Source: an uncultured Oleispira sp.
GTDB taxonomy: Bacteria > Pseudomonadota > Gammaproteobacteria > Pseudomonadales > Oceanobacteraceae
Direction: 5' to 3'
Assembly: GCA_913061415.1 (NCBI GenBank)
Contig: CAJXUD010000006.1
Location: forward strand, 63,505 to 127,504
DNA: 64,000 nucleotides
The notes beneath the pieces are model-generated. The model saw nothing but the letters and a program-made list of their open reading frames with translations, was not told the origin of the DNA and did not search any database. The position numbers and the translations under genes were made by a program. Position 1 is the first letter of the stretch; the number at the start of each line of letters is the position of its first letter. Below, piece after piece: positions 1-10,143 of the stretch.

Positions 1-1
1 T

Positions 2-829
2 CAGCAGCAAGCTTATACCGTATTTGCTCAGAGTATGGATCGCACAGGTTATGCACGAGGCACGTTATCGGTCGCCGCGGGTTTGACGGCTCCAGTACCT
101 AAGCTAGATCCGGTTGAATGGCTAGCGATGAAAGACATGATGGGGAAAATGGATCACGGCTCAATGGAAGGTGGCTCAATGGAAGGTAGTGATGCTAAAG
201 ATGGCAAAATGGATCACGGTGCCATGGATCACGGAAACATGGTGATGGACCATAGTCAGCATGGCATGCATCACGAACGTAAAGGCGCATTGGCTAAGCC
301 TTCTCAAACCGTCAATCATGCAAAAACGGAGTATGGGCCTTCGGTTGATATGAGAGTCGACATGCCAAGAACCAACCTAGACGACCCCGGTATCGGCTTA
401 AGAAACAATGGTCGTCGAGTACTGACGTTAGCAGATTTGCATTCTTTAGACGGCATACTTGATGATCCGCGTGAACCGGTACGCGAGATAGAGCTGCATC
501 TTACGGGAAATATGGAACGCTATAGCTGGTCATTTGATGGTTTGGAATTTGGCGAGAGTACCCCAGTTGCAATGAAGCAAGGTGAACGCATTCGGGTTAT
601 TTTGCAAAATGACACCATGATGACCCACCCAATGCACTTGCACGGTATGTGGAGTGATTTAGAAAGTGATGATGGTCAGTTAAGAGTGCGTCGGCATACG
701 ATACCGGTTCAACCAGCACAACGAATTAGTTTTTTAACCACACCACATGATTTAGGGCGTTGGGCATGGCATTGCCACCTGTTGTTCCACATGGATGCCG
801 GTATGTTCCGCGAGGTAGTTGTATCATGA
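2..829 (+). CDS. copA: Multicopper oxidase, CopA/PcoA type, C-terminal part (5' end lies outside the window)
   Basis: The frame is open from the window edge (codons from nt 2). Copper-ligand blocks HPMHLHG and HCHLLFHMDAGM are present, with a Met/His/Asp-rich MDHG repeat region. The stop overlaps the copB start (ATGA at 826-829). Confidence 0.85.
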   Translation, partial: QQQAYTVFAQSMDRTGYARGTLSVAAGLTAPVPKLDPVEWLAMKDMMGKMDHGSMEGGSMEGSDAKDGKMDHGAMDHGNMVMDHSQHGMHHERKGALAKPSQTVNHAKTEYGPSVDMRVDMPRTNLDDPGIGLRNNGRRVLTLADLHSLDGILDDPREPVREIELHLTGNMERYSWSFDGLEFGESTPVAMKQGERIRVILQNDTMMTHPMHLHGMWSDLESDDGQLRVRRHTIPVQPAQRISFLTTPHDLGRWAWHCHLLFHMDAGMFREVVVS

Positions 830-1764
830 AAAATACTCAAAATTTAACGCTGGTATTAACCATCGCTGGGCTTTTAAGTAGCCCACTCACTCTTGCGAGA
901 GAGCATGAAAAATACCCTGGAGAGCATCGAGAGATTGTTCGCGGGGCTCAAGAGATGGATCATTCAGGGCACGATATGTCAGGTCACGATATGTCAGGTC
1001 ACGATATGTCGAGTATGCAAGCTCAGGGTGGTGATGCGCCGATGGATGCTCGCGATCCTCATGCCTATTCTAATGGTTATACCCTTACCGAAGGACCTTA
1101 TGCACAGCCTGGGCCGAGACAGCTCAAACTTGCGGATGAGCATGCCTTTTGGGCGGTGATCGCTGATCGCTTGGAATATGACCTTGAAAGCGAGAATACC
1201 GTATTCGATTTACAAGGTTGGTACGGCACAACCTTTAACCGCTTGGTATTGAAAACAGAGGGTGAGTTTTCTGATGGCATACTTGAGGAAGTGCAAGCCG
1301 ATGTTTTATATAGTCAGGCTGTCAGTGGATATTTTGATGCCCAGGTCGGTGTGCGTTTAGATCAGTACGACGAAGGCAAAGATCGACAGTGGTTAGCCGT
1401 GGGTCTGCAAGGTTTAGCACCTTATTGGTTTGAACTTGATATAAGCGCCTACTTAGGCGAAGACGCCAGAACGGCATTAGCGGTAGAGGCAGAATATGAA
1501 TTACTGTTTACTCAAAAACTCATTTTGCAATCGCGCGCAGAGTTGACCGCCTATGGCAAAGAAGATTTGGATAATGGTATCGGCTCTGGCTTATCCAGTG
1601 GGGCAGTGGGTATGCGTCTTCGTTATGAAATTAGCCGCCAGTTTGCTCCGTATGCCGGGGTTGAGTGGAGCCGAGGCTTTTCTGCAACGGCAGATTTGAT
1701 GAGAGACGCTGGTGATCACGTTACTGATACTCAATACGTTGCTGGTTTACGTTTTTGGTTTTAA
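826..1764 (+). CDS. copB: Copper resistance outer-membrane protein CopB/PcoB
   Basis: Signal peptide MKNTQNLTLVLTIAGLLSSPLTLA, a Met/His-rich (GHDMS)x3 tract, then a beta-barrel-like region ending ...YVAGLRFWF. It is translationally coupled to the oxidase. The ORF-track start at 760 is an in-frame extension inside copA. Confidence 0.85.
   Translation: MKNTQNLTLVLTIAGLLSSPLTLAREHEKYPGEHREIVRGAQEMDHSGHDMSGHDMSGHDMSSMQAQGGDAPMDARDPHAYSNGYTLTEGPYAQPGPRQLKLADEHAFWAVIADRLEYDLESENTVFDLQGWYGTTFNRLVLKTEGEFSDGILEEVQADVLYSQAVSGYFDAQVGVRLDQYDEGKDRQWLAVGLQGLAPYWFELDISAYLGEDARTALAVEAEYELLFTQKLILQSRAELTAYGKEDLDNGIGSGLSSGAVGMRLRYEISRQFAPYAGVEWSRGFSATADLMRDAGDHVTDTQYVAGLRFWF
967..1011 (+). repeat. Three tandem 15-bp units (ggYcacgatatgtcR) encoding (GHDMS)x3 inside copB
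   Basis: Direct reading: gggcacgatatgtca / ggtcacgatatgtca / ggtcacgatatgtcg. Confidence 0.95.
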
Positions 1765-1780
1765 ATAAAAGGATATAACA

Positions 1781-2098
1781 ATGAAAAAATTAATGATTCA
1801 CTCTATGGCTTTATTGGCTACCGCCTTTATTGCATCAACGACCTTAGCTCATGATCCATCAGAGCATATGACAAAAAATGAAGAGCCAAAGTGTGCTGGC
1901 ATGGACCACAGTAAAATGGATATGACCGACCCTGTCGCTCAGGCCATGATGGAGCAATGCTCAATGTCGGGTGATAAACAAAAAATGGATATGAAGCACT
2001 CACAACACAAAAATATGCACTCATCTGAAAAAGATAAAGAATCGATGAGAATGAAAATGAAAGCGAATCATGACAGTCATGATGAACATCAACATTAA
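1781..2098 (+). CDS. Small secreted Met/His-rich protein, probable periplasmic copper-binding protein (PcoE/SilE-like composition)
   Basis: Signal peptide MKKLMIHSMALLATAFIASTTLA. The mature part is dominated by M, H, D and K (MDHSKMDM, MDMKHSQHKNMH, HDSHDEHQH). It sits directly after copAB and is followed by a terminator. Confidence 0.6.
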   Translation: MKKLMIHSMALLATAFIASTTLAHDPSEHMTKNEEPKCAGMDHSKMDMTDPVAQAMMEQCSMSGDKQKMDMKHSQHKNMHSSEKDKESMRMKMKANHDSHDEHQH

Positions 2099-2108
2099 TC
2101 GTTTTAAT

Positions 2109-2132
2109 GGCGCTAATCTTAGCGCCTTTTTT
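2109..2132 (+). terminator. Rho-independent terminator after the Met/His-rich gene
   Basis: Stem ggcgcta / tagcgcc with loop atct, followed by tttttt. Confidence 0.8.
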
Positions 2133-2158
2133 ATAGTTAATTTAAATAGGGCATCAAG

Positions 2159-2728
2159 ATGAAAACGATGACGACAATATCTTGTTTTAAAAAATTACTG
2201 CTTCTGGCGAGCATTTTATTATTGGGCGCACTCGCTTTTATTTATTCAGGCATCTACCCAATGGGTGCTGACTCTAAACATTTTCCAGCAACCTACTGGG
2301 TCTTAGAAACATTAAGAGAGCAATCGATCGCGCGTGCGGCTAAAGACATCGTTGTACCTGACAATATTAATGCATCAACGCGATTATTGGCAGGTGGCGC
2401 AGATTACAATGATATGTGTGCGAGCTGTCACCTTAAACCGGAAAAAAGCAGCAGTGACTTTAGTTTAGGTTTATACCCAGTGCCTCCTAATTTAGCGATA
2501 AAACATGATGATCATGCCCATAGTGATGATGAAAATACAGAAGATAAACGCCGCTTTTGGATTATTAAGCACGGAATTAAAGCATCGGGTATGCCTTCTT
2601 GGGCACCGGGCCATGATGATGAACGTATCTGGAATATGGTATCGTTTATAAAACGATTACCTGATTTAAATGCTCAGCAGTATCAAGTGCTGACTGCGAG
2701 AAAAAAGGGCGACACTGGGCATCATTAA
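2159..2728 (+). CDS. Membrane-anchored mono-heme c-type cytochrome
   Basis: N-terminal hydrophobic anchor LLLLASILLLGALAFIYSGIY and a single CxxCH motif (CASCH). Its context is the copper-resistance cluster. Confidence 0.7.
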   Translation: MKTMTTISCFKKLLLLASILLLGALAFIYSGIYPMGADSKHFPATYWVLETLREQSIARAAKDIVVPDNINASTRLLAGGADYNDMCASCHLKPEKSSSDFSLGLYPVPPNLAIKHDDHAHSDDENTEDKRRFWIIKHGIKASGMPSWAPGHDDERIWNMVSFIKRLPDLNAQQYQVLTARKKGDTGHH

Positions 2729-2856
2729 TAATCAGAGTAATAATTAAGTAGTAATAAAAATTAAGCATTAAGCAGCTCGCGAAACAGCTCGCGAGCACAA
2801 TGTCAGAAGAGAATACTAGAAGTGAACTGTATGAAGCGACTAAAATAAAAAACACA

Positions 2857-2904
2857 TAGTCGCCGCTTTAGTTGCCGTTTTAGTCGCCGCTTCAGTCGGC
2901 TACG
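2857..2904. repeat. Degenerate tandem 12-mers tagtcgccgctt / tagttgccgttt / tagtcgccgctt / cagtcggctacg
   Basis: Direct reading. The repeats lie in the convergent intergenic region and run into the stop codon of the cupredoxin-like gene. Confidence 0.8.
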
Positions 2905-3268
2905 ACACTGTAATTTTTCCTTGAATCATATTCATCTGACAATGAAAGTCATACTCGCCAGCATCCATGGCTGGTAGCTGAATCGTTTTCAGCTTATTCA
3001 ACGGCAAAGACTCACTGATCTGCAATGCAGGGATTAAAACCGCCTCTGCGCAGGGGGATGGATCTTTGCGCATAAACTGAATGCTCATTGGTTTATTGGC
3101 TGCGATTTTAATGCGTGACGGCGAATAAGTACCGTTTTCTACCGTGATCACAAACTCATTATTGTCGACCTTGCTTGTATCAATCACGACGACTTCTGGT
3201 TTATACAACCAAAACCACCAGATTATTAGTGCGATGAGTAGCAGCCCAGCTAAATTAATCATTAACAT
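2900..3268 (-). CDS. Membrane-anchored cupredoxin-like protein
   Basis: N-terminal TM helix LAGLLLIALIIWWFWL. The C-terminus ...GEYDFHCQMNMIQGKITVS has an H-C-x-M arrangement like type-1 copper ligands. It lies 37 nt downstream of the Cu-ATPase on the same strand. Confidence 0.6.
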   Translation of the reverse strand: MLMINLAGLLLIALIIWWFWLYKPEVVVIDTSKVDNNEFVITVENGTYSPSRIKIAANKPMSIQFMRKDPSPCAEAVLIPALQISESLPLNKLKTIQLPAMDAGEYDFHCQMNMIQGKITVS

Positions 3269-3305
3269 AATCTTATTCCTTTCATATTCTTTTCAACGAT
3301 TTTTT

Positions 3306-5552
3306 TTAATGCTCTTCGGCTTTAAAAAAACGTAAACGGTTGGCGTTGGTTACCACGGTTACCGACGAAAATGCCATCGCTGCACCGGCAATGACTGGGT
3401 TTAATAACAAACCAAATACTGGGAATAAAACACCCGCCGCAATCGGCACCCCAGCAGCGTTATAAATAAACGCGCCAAACAAGTTTTGTTTAATATTACG
3501 CAAAGTGGCTTTACTAATGGCAATGGCATCAGCCAAACCGTGTAGCGAGCCACGCATTAAGGTAATGTCGGAGCTTTCGATGGCCACATCGGTGCCAGTG
3601 CCAATGGCAAAACCGACGTTGGCAATAGCTAAGGCAGGGGCGTCGTTAATGCCGTCGCCCGTCATGCCGACAATTTCGCCTTGGGCTTGTAACTCTTGCA
3701 CCTTGGCGGATTTTTCTTCTGGCAGCACTTCGGCGAAAAACTCGGTAATGCCGACTTTATCGGCCACCGCTTTTGCTGTGGCGCGATTATCACCAGTGAG
3801 CATAATCACGCGCATACCATTGTCTTGCAGACGTTTAATCGCAGCGATGGAATCGTCTTTAATCGGATCGGCAACCGCAATGATGGCGGCCAACTGATTA
3901 TCAATCGACAGATACATAGGGGTTTTTGCTTCAGCTGCAAGCTGTTGTGCTTGTTCAACAAAATCATCTAGGTCGATCTTGTTTGAACGCATCAGTTTTT
4001 CGTTACCAAATAATAACGTTTTGCCATCAACCTCGGCTTGCACGCCATGACCTGCAATTGCCTTAAAGCTATGGGCTGTGCCTGCTTCGATGCCTTTTTC
4101 ATTAGCGGTTTCCATAATCGCCATGGCAAGCGGGTGTTCAGAGCCGCTTTCTAAGGTCGCCGCTAATTGCAAAATAGTCGCTTCGGTAAAGCCTTTGGCA
4201 GCCATTATGTCGGTAACTAATATGTCAGTCAGCTTAGGCGCGCCTAACGTGATGGTGCCTGTTTTATCCAGCACCATGGCGGTGATTTGTGAGGCGGTTT
4301 GTAAGGCTTCGCCATTACGGATTAATACGCCAGCTTCGGCCGATTTACCAATGCCTACCATTACCGACATCGGTGTTGCTAACCCAAGGGCGCAAGGGCA
4401 GGCAATGATCAATACAGTGGTCGCAGTGACCAATGCATAAGCAATGGCTGGGTGAGGGCCAAAGTTCAGCCACACCATGGCGCTGACCACCGCGATGATC
4501 ATAATCACGGGTACAAAGTACGCTGAGATAACATCGGCTAAACGCCCAATCGGTGGTTTAGAGTTTTGGGCTTGTTTCACCATGCGAATGATGTGAGCGA
4601 GAGAAGTGTTTTTACCTACTCGTGTCGCTTTAAAAAGAATCGAACCGGTTTTATTAATAGTGCCAGCCGCAACGTTTGCCCCTTCGGTTTTTTCAACGGG
4701 CATGGGTTCACCGGTGAGCATGGATTCATCAATGGCGGTATGACCTTCAGTCACAATGCCATCAACAGAAATTTTCTCACCCGGGCGAACGCGCACGATG
4801 TCGTTTAATACTACTTGGTCAATGTCGATATCAATTTCTTGCCCGTCACGAACCACTCGTGCGGTTTTCGGTTGTAGGCCGATTAAACGCTTAATCGCAT
4901 CGGAAGTTCTGCCACGGGCTTTTAATTCCATCGCAAGGCCAAGGTTGATTAAACCAATGATCATCGCCGTCGCTTCAAAATACACATGGCGCGCCATTTC
5001 TGGAATGGCTTCAGGGGCGAAGACCACGACCATGGAATAGAGCCAAGCGGTGCCAGTTCCGAGTGCGATTAAGGTGTCCATATTGGCAGAATGGTTTTTA
5101 AATGATTGCCATGCGCCGACATAAAAATGTCTACCCGAAAATACCATCACTAATAAGGTTAATACCCCAACCACAAACCAAACGATTTGTTCTTGGCTGC
5201 TATTAACACTCATTTCGCCAGTGATTAAACCGTATAACATCAGTGGTACACCCAAGCTCAGAGCAAGGATCATGTCTTGCATTAATTTTTTATAATAAAC
5301 CCAGTCGGCGGCTTCTTTTTCGCTAAGAGCTTGTTCTTCGTTTTCGGCTTGGCTCAGGGTGGCGTTATAACCGGCTTTTTCTACCGCCAGAATCAAAGCG
5401 TCGCTGTTAGAAGTCGTGCTAACTGAAACTGTGCGCTGGGCAAAGTTCATTTCCGCTTTTTCAACGCCTTCGACTTGTTGAATAGCGGTTTCAATTTTTT
5501 TGACGCAGCTACCGCAAGAAGCGCCATCAATTAATAATTCATAAACGGGCAT
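3306..5552 (-). CDS. copA: Copper-translocating P1B-type ATPase (CopA type; shares its name with the oxidase above but is unrelated to it)
   Basis: HMA domain [15 protein letters not shown] motif [18 protein letters not shown] and GDGINDAP; 748 aa. Confidence 0.95.
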   Translation of the reverse strand: MPVYELLIDGASCGSCVKKIETAIQQVEGVEKAEMNFAQRTVSVSTTSNSDALILAVEKAGYNATLSQAENEEQALSEKEAADWVYYKKLMQDMILALSLGVPLMLYGLITGEMSVNSSQEQIVWFVVGVLTLLVMVFSGRHFYVGAWQSFKNHSANMDTLIALGTGTAWLYSMVVVFAPEAIPEMARHVYFEATAMIIGLINLGLAMELKARGRTSDAIKRLIGLQPKTARVVRDGQEIDIDIDQVVLNDIVRVRPGEKISVDGIVTEGHTAIDESMLTGEPMPVEKTEGANVAAGTINKTGSILFKATRVGKNTSLAHIIRMVKQAQNSKPPIGRLADVISAYFVPVIMIIAVVSAMVWLNFGPHPAIAYALVTATTVLIIACPCALGLATPMSVMVGIGKSAEAGVLIRNGEALQTASQITAMVLDKTGTITLGAPKLTDILVTDIMAAKGFTEATILQLAATLESGSEHPLAMAIMETANEKGIEAGTAHSFKAIAGHGVQAEVDGKTLLFGNEKLMRSNKIDLDDFVEQAQQLAAEAKTPMYLSIDNQLAAIIAVADPIKDDSIAAIKRLQDNGMRVIMLTGDNRATAKAVADKVGITEFFAEVLPEEKSAKVQELQAQGEIVGMTGDGINDAPALAIANVGFAIGTGTDVAIESSDITLMRGSLHGLADAIAISKATLRNIKQNLFGAFIYNAAGVPIAAGVLFPVFGLLLNPVIAGAAMAFSSVTVVTNANRLRFFKAEEH

Positions 5553-5624
5553 GTCGAGCCTCCTTAAAAAAATGGTGAGAGCATAGCATCAATGTAGGAC
5601 TAAAATGCTTAACCTAGAGGTTAC

Positions 5625-5645
5625 ACCTGTGTCCCAGACACAGGT
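5625..5645 (-). terminator. Hairpin immediately downstream of fumC
   Basis: acctgtgtc-cca-gacacaggt has 9-bp arms and lies 14 nt after the fumC stop. There is no clear U-run, so confidence is low. Confidence 0.4.
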
Positions 5646-5658
5646 CAAGGACTAAAGG

Positions 5659-7062
5659 CTAATCTGATTTTTTATCTGGCGAGAGCATATTTTTAGGCAC
5701 GACCCATTGGTTGAAATCTTCTTCACTCAATAGCTCAAGTGCGAGCGCTGCTTCTAACAATGTAGTGCCTTCGTGATGCGCTTTTTTAGCAATTTTAGTC
5801 GCGTTGTCATAGCCAATATGAGGGTTTAATGCCGTCACTAGCATTAAGGATTCTTCGAGTAACGAATGAATACGTACTTCATTCGCGGTAATACCGACAA
5901 TACATTTATCGCTGAAGCTCTCGCAGCTATCGGCTAACAGTCGGATAGATTGCAGAAGGTTGTAAATCATGACGGGTTTAAACGCATTCAATTCAAAATG
6001 GCCATTAGAGCCAGCGACAGAAATGGTAACGTGATTGCCCATTACTTGAGCGGCTACCATCGTTAAGGCTTCGCACTGAGTTGGATTCACTTTACCGGGC
6101 ATGATGGATGAGCCGGGTTCGTTTTCTGGCAAACGGATTTCGCCAATACCACTGCGAGGGCCAGAGCCTAAAAAGCGAATGTCGTTAGCTATTTTCATTA
6201 AACTCACCGCTAACGTATTAAGTGCACCGCTGGCTTCAACAATGGCATCATGGGCAGCAATGGCTTCAAACTTATTTTTAGCCGTGGTAAAAGGAAGCTG
6301 GGTGATTCGGGCAACTTCTGCGGCAATGTGTAGATCAAAACCTTCGGGAGAATTAATCCCAGTCCCCACCGCTGTCGCTCCTTGGGCCAAAGGATATAGC
6401 GCGGGTAATATCGATTCGATTCGTCGAATACCGTATTCAACTTGAGTCGCATAGCCAGAAAATTCTTGGCCGAGTGTGATTGGCGTCGCGTCTTGCGTAT
6501 GGGTCCGGCCAATTTTTATTAAATGACCAAATTCTTCTTCTTTATGTTTCAGAGCACCATGAAGATGGCTGAGTGCAGGAATTAAACGATGAACAATTTC
6601 TTCAACTGCTGCAATGTGCATAGTGCTAGGAAAAGTATCGTTTGAAGACTGGCTCATGTTGCAATGATCGTTTGGGTGCACCGGAGTTTTACTGCCAATT
6701 ACACCGCCTAAAGCCTCTATTGCACGATTAGAAATCACTTCGTTGGCGTTCATGTTGGTCTGAGTACCCGAACCCGTTTGCCAGACCGATAGCGGAAAAT
6801 GATCGTTGAGTGTACCGTCCATCACCTCGGTGGCCGCTTCAACGATGGCATTGCCAATGGTTGGGTCTAAGCCTGCAAGTGTCATATTAACCTGTGCTGC
6901 AGATCGTTTAATAATGCCAAATGCTCGAATTAAAGGCTCGGGCATCGTCTCTATGCCTATGGGGAAGTTGATGAGCGAGCGCGCCGACTGAGCACCATAA
7001 TATTTGTCTGCGGGAACCTTTAGCTCCCCAAAAGAATCACTCTCTATACGATACTCAGTCAC
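5659..7062 (-). CDS. fumC: Class II fumarate hydratase
   Basis: Signature [16 protein letters not shown]-terminal [21 protein letters not shown], 467 aa. Confidence 0.95.
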   Translation of the reverse strand: MTEYRIESDSFGELKVPADKYYGAQSARSLINFPIGIETMPEPLIRAFGIIKRSAAQVNMTLAGLDPTIGNAIVEAATEVMDGTLNDHFPLSVWQTGSGTQTNMNANEVISNRAIEALGGVIGSKTPVHPNDHCNMSQSSNDTFPSTMHIAAVEEIVHRLIPALSHLHGALKHKEEEFGHLIKIGRTHTQDATPITLGQEFSGYATQVEYGIRRIESILPALYPLAQGATAVGTGINSPEGFDLHIAAEVARITQLPFTTAKNKFEAIAAHDAIVEASGALNTLAVSLMKIANDIRFLGSGPRSGIGEIRLPENEPGSSIMPGKVNPTQCEALTMVAAQVMGNHVTISVAGSNGHFELNAFKPVMIYNLLQSIRLLADSCESFSDKCIVGITANEVRIHSLLEESLMLVTALNPHIGYDNATKIAKKAHHEGTTLLEAALALELLSEEDFNQWVVPKNMLSPDKKSD

Positions 7063-7279
7063 GGGCTTATTCCTTTAATTGATATCTGTTTAAATGGATG
7101 TCGACTTAGTGGGGGGTAATTAGTCGACTTCACACATTGAATAGATGAAAAATCAGCGCCCTTAGTGCGCACGCCTTGACGGGTTTATTCACTATTATCG
7201 TTCATGAGGTGATCTCATCGTATTAAATAAAAGAGGGTAGTAAGGTGAAACATTAACATGAGATGTTCTATGAAAGGAT

Positions 7280-7306
7280 AGCAGCCTAATAGAGAATTAG
7301 GCTGCT
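7280..7306 (-). terminator. Hairpin downstream of the porin gene
   Basis: agcagcctaat-agaga-attaggctgct has 11-bp perfect arms and lies about 75 nt after the stop at 7382. Confidence 0.4.
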
Positions 7307-7381
7307 AAGGCAGGCTGGCTGCTATTTTAATCTAGATTTAGAAATCTACGATTAAAATTCGACTGATTAAAATTCAGTTTA

Positions 7382-8113
7382 TTAAAAATGAACTTTAACC
7401 AATGCGCTTACAACGTTTTCTTTGGTATCGAAACCAGAGGAGTGCTCGATTGCAAACTTGTTGTCCCAAGTTGCATGCTCGATACCCACATAGACTTTAT
7501 TGTCAGTACCAAGAGCTTGTGCCGCATCCCATTTCAACTGGTATGTGAAGTTGCTAGTGGCTGCTTTATTATCTTCATCTGTCGCAGTTGCCCAATCCCA
7601 AAAACCATCAAACATAAAGTTTTGGCCTGCAATTGCGAACGGTACGCCCCAAACTAACGTTGTTTGGTAGTTGTTTTCGTAGTTATCGTTCAAACGCTGA
7701 TAAGCATTTAAGCTAAGATTTTGGAAACCAGGAACATTAAAATCCGTTCCTAAACCGACCAAAAGGTTATCTTCGTCTTCACTCATTTCCCAAGTGGTCG
7801 CAACGTATAAGTTTTTAACCAAACCGCCATCAAAGTCAGATACTTTAAAGCGTGGTGCAACTTCGATATACGTTTGAGTTTGGTCACCATCTTCATCACC
7901 TGTAGACATTAGGCGATCAGCAAAAACAAAGATATCGCCCCAGCTATTAGCGCTAAAGTGTTCAAAAGTAACAACAGCTTGATCAGACTCTATTACTTCA
8001 TAGTCTTGGCCATACAACACAGATACGCTGTTATCATAAAAGAAGGTTTCTGCACTGGCAGCACCAGCGGTAACAGTCATTGTTGTTGCTAAAGCAAGCT
8101 TGGTAAAATTCAT
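7382..8113 (-). CDS. OmpK/Tsx-family outer-membrane channel (probable)
   Basis: Signal peptide MNFTKLALATTMTVTAGAASA/ETF and a beta-rich sequence ending ...ALVKVHF. The blocks IFVFADR, FKVSDF...LYVATTWEM resemble Vibrio OmpK as I remember it. I prefer the start at the second Met (8113). Confidence 0.55.
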   Translation of the reverse strand: MNFTKLALATTMTVTAGAASAETFFYDNSVSVLYGQDYEVIESDQAVVTFEHFSANSWGDIFVFADRLMSTGDEDGDQTQTYIEVAPRFKVSDFDGGLVKNLYVATTWEMSEDEDNLLVGLGTDFNVPGFQNLSLNAYQRLNDNYENNYQTTLVWGVPFAIAGQNFMFDGFWDWATATDEDNKAATSNFTYQLKWDAAQALGTDNKVYVGIEHATWDNKFAIEHSSGFDTKENVVSALVKVHF

Positions 8114-8254
8114 GGTTATTCCCATTATAATAATCGTTATAAACTTCGGTTAGGTCACCACTAAGCATTGCTTTTGCTGCAATATCCAACGGCTATGCGA
8201 GTATTATAGCCTTGAGGCAGAATAATTGTCCAACTGGTCAGCTGCCGTAATAAA

Positions 8255-8695
8255 TCAATCAGATATGCGCATATCGATGTTATTAATCGGATAACCGCGT
8301 TCTTTATAGAACTTATAGTGGAGTCGAGTCGCCGCTAGAACCGCATCTTGCTGAATTACAATTTCCAGTAAACGCTTATGGCGGGCAAAGGTCGCTGGAA
8401 TTTCAGTGGCTAAGTTCAGTAGTACATCAAAGTGGGGTGCTTGTTGATCACCAGAGCCAATGTACACGGGGCAGTTCTCTTCAAGGTCATCACTGCCTAC
8501 GAGACCGTGGGGAATAAAGCTATTTTCGCGATAGTTCCATAACAACTCATCAAAAGCTTTCGCTTCGGCGTCGTTATCAAGGTGAATATAAACCTTACAG
8601 CGGCTGCGGTAAGCTTTTTCAACGAGGCGGCAAGCAAAGTCTAATCTTTGCTGCGGCTCTTGTGCGGATAATATATAGAAGTCGATATCAGTCAT
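8255..8695 (-). CDS. holC: DNA polymerase III chi subunit
   Basis: MTDIDFYIL...RLDFACRLVEKAY...LLWNYRENSFIPH; chi-like size (about 146 aa from Met at 8695). Confidence 0.8.
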   Translation of the reverse strand: MTDIDFYILSAQEPQQRLDFACRLVEKAYRSRCKVYIHLDNDAEAKAFDELLWNYRENSFIPHGLVGSDDLEENCPVYIGSGDQQAPHFDVLLNLATEIPATFARHKRLLEIVIQQDAVLAATRLHYKFYKERGYPINNIDMRISD

Positions 8696-8773
8696 GGCGG
8701 CATTGTAACAGAATAAATACGCGGCTCGCATCTTCGTTAACCTGTTTAGTACGCGTACTAATTAATACACCGG

Positions 8774-9628
8774 CTAATCTTGTAGGTTTGGTAGTTGTTC
8801 GTTATTTTTCAACTTATTCAGCTCAGCCTGTTCTGCTCTTTGGCGCTCTTCCCATTGCAGTTCGCCAATAAGACGATCTAGGTAACGCTGGCCCATGCCA
8901 GAAACAATATTAAAAGCAAAGCCAACTTGGGTATTGCCATTTTGTGTGCCGACAACGTGGCGTGCGATCAGGCTGCAATCCATGTTGTTTTGGTCATTAA
9001 ACTTGATGCGGGCGACGGCAATATTACTATTGTTTTGTAAGCGCTCTACAGAATCACCTTTAAAAATAGCCTTAAAACCACTCGAAGAAAGATCAGCAAG
9101 CTGGCCTATGAGGTTATCCCCACCATCCTCCATTTTTAACTTTACTAAGATCTTGTGAGCTGGAGAGATCATCACTCGGTATGCGGTGCGACGTTGTAAA
9201 TAAAGTACTTGAGTCGGAAATTCAACACGATATTGCTCATTACTAGGCTGGTATTTGATTCGGCCCGTCATATTAAATTCGATTTTCACACCCTGGCTAT
9301 CGGCTAGCACAGAAAAACGACTGCCAGAACGAATTAATTCGTTACCACTATCAGGTACAACCTTGTCCAGAAAGAAGCTGCTGTGCTTGAGGCTAGCATT
9401 GGTAATTGCGGATGTGTAATGTTCGTCACTGCCTTCGATAGTGATCGACACAGGTTGCTGCATTAAAATAATTTTTCGTAATGCGCCATAAATATCCTCT
9501 AAGGTTTCTAAAAAATATTCGTCATTACTGGCTGCAGTGCTTACTGTTGCAGTTTTTTGCTCTACTGCGTTACTTTCATCAAGGTCACCTTCAACTGCAT
9601 TTTCGTCTGCCATAATTCCCTCTGCCAT
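8774..9628 (-). CDS. flgZ: PilZ-domain flagellar brake protein (YcgR/FlgZ type)
   Basis: c-di-GMP motifs RRTAYRV (RxxxR) and DLSSSGF (D/NxSxxG) follow a YcgR-type N-domain. It sits directly after flgN, as flgZ does in Pseudomonas. It has an acidic N-terminal extension of about 40 aa. Confidence 0.8.
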   Translation of the reverse strand: MAEGIMADENAVEGDLDESNAVEQKTATVSTAASNDEYFLETLEDIYGALRKIILMQQPVSITIEGSDEHYTSAITNASLKHSSFFLDKVVPDSGNELIRSGSRFSVLADSQGVKIEFNMTGRIKYQPSNEQYRVEFPTQVLYLQRRTAYRVMISPAHKILVKLKMEDGGDNLIGQLADLSSSGFKAIFKGDSVERLQNNSNIAVARIKFNDQNNMDCSLIARHVVGTQNGNTQVGFAFNIVSGMGQRYLDRLIGELQWEERQRAEQAELNKLKNNEQLPNLQD

Positions 9629-9643
9629 TTATGTTATGGCTTA

Positions 9644-10129
9644 CTAAGCTTTTGCGTAGCCTAAACCCGTTGATGTACCCTGTGTTTGGCCGCTCTTAGT
9701 ATATAAGTTAGGAGTATTCTTTTGTCCGCGCAAGATTTTCATTAAACCTTGTGTCTTTTTTCGGGCATTAAGCACGATAATAGACAGAATGTCGGTTAAT
9801 CGACGGTTCTCTATAAACTGATCGGCAAGTTGTTGCCACAAGGCGGCTAACTGCTCGTTATGTTCACTTTGGGGTGATTGTAATAATGGGTGCTGAAAGC
9901 AGTGTTTATCAAGAGGGATTTGCTGCTTTTCTAACCAAGCACATCGTGCCTGGCTTAAAGATTGAAGCTCATCAAGTTGCTGTTGTTTAACGGCTTGTAG
10001 CTTGCTGAGTTCTTCTATATTCGGTGGGTCTAGCAAATCGCGTTCGTCACAAAGGAGTCTATGCAATGTACGTGCGACTTCTAATTCTTGGCTTAGCTGT
10101 AAGTAAAATATTTCATGTAAGTTGGACAC
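9644..10129 (-). CDS. flgN: Flagellar export chaperone FlgN
   Basis: 161-aa helical Q/L-rich protein immediately after flgM. GTG start preceded by GGAG. Confidence 0.7.
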   Translation of the reverse strand: MSNLHEIFYLQLSQELEVARTLHRLLCDERDLLDPPNIEELSKLQAVKQQQLDELQSLSQARCAWLEKQQIPLDKHCFQHPLLQSPQSEHNEQLAALWQQLADQFIENRRLTDILSIIVLNARKKTQGLMKILRGQKNTPNLYTKSGQTQGTSTGLGYAKA

Positions 10130-10143
10130 GGTGACTCCAAGGA

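Noticed and set aside
760-825. ORF-track start of copB at 760 (MGMALPPVVPHG...)
   Set aside because: This 5' extension lies inside the copA coding region in another frame. The Met at 826 is followed immediately by a signal peptide and overlaps the copA stop (ATGA), so 826 is the credible start.
893-1159. 88-aa ORF with TICQVTICQVTICRV repeats
   Set aside because: It is an alternative-frame reading of the 15-bp tandem repeats inside copB, with no independent coding signal.
3505-5040. Several plus-strand ORFs (3505-3897, 3696-3971, 4078-4440, 4566-4808, 4756-5040) opposite the Cu-ATPase
   Set aside because: They are antisense shadow ORFs inside a gene with strong motif support, and their low-complexity A/S/P/R-rich translations are typical of the wrong frame.
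5610-5623. Palindrome TAACCT-AG-AGGTTA upstream of the Cu-ATPase as a CueR/MerR operator
   Set aside because: It is short, and I cannot place it between a convincing -35 and -10 with the long (19-bp) spacer typical of MerR-family promoters. No cueR is in the window. I left it uncalled.
7180-7215. Possible Fur box (attcactattatcgttcat) upstream of fumC
   Set aside because: Only one GATAAT hexamer matches the 19-bp Fur consensus and the rest is poor.
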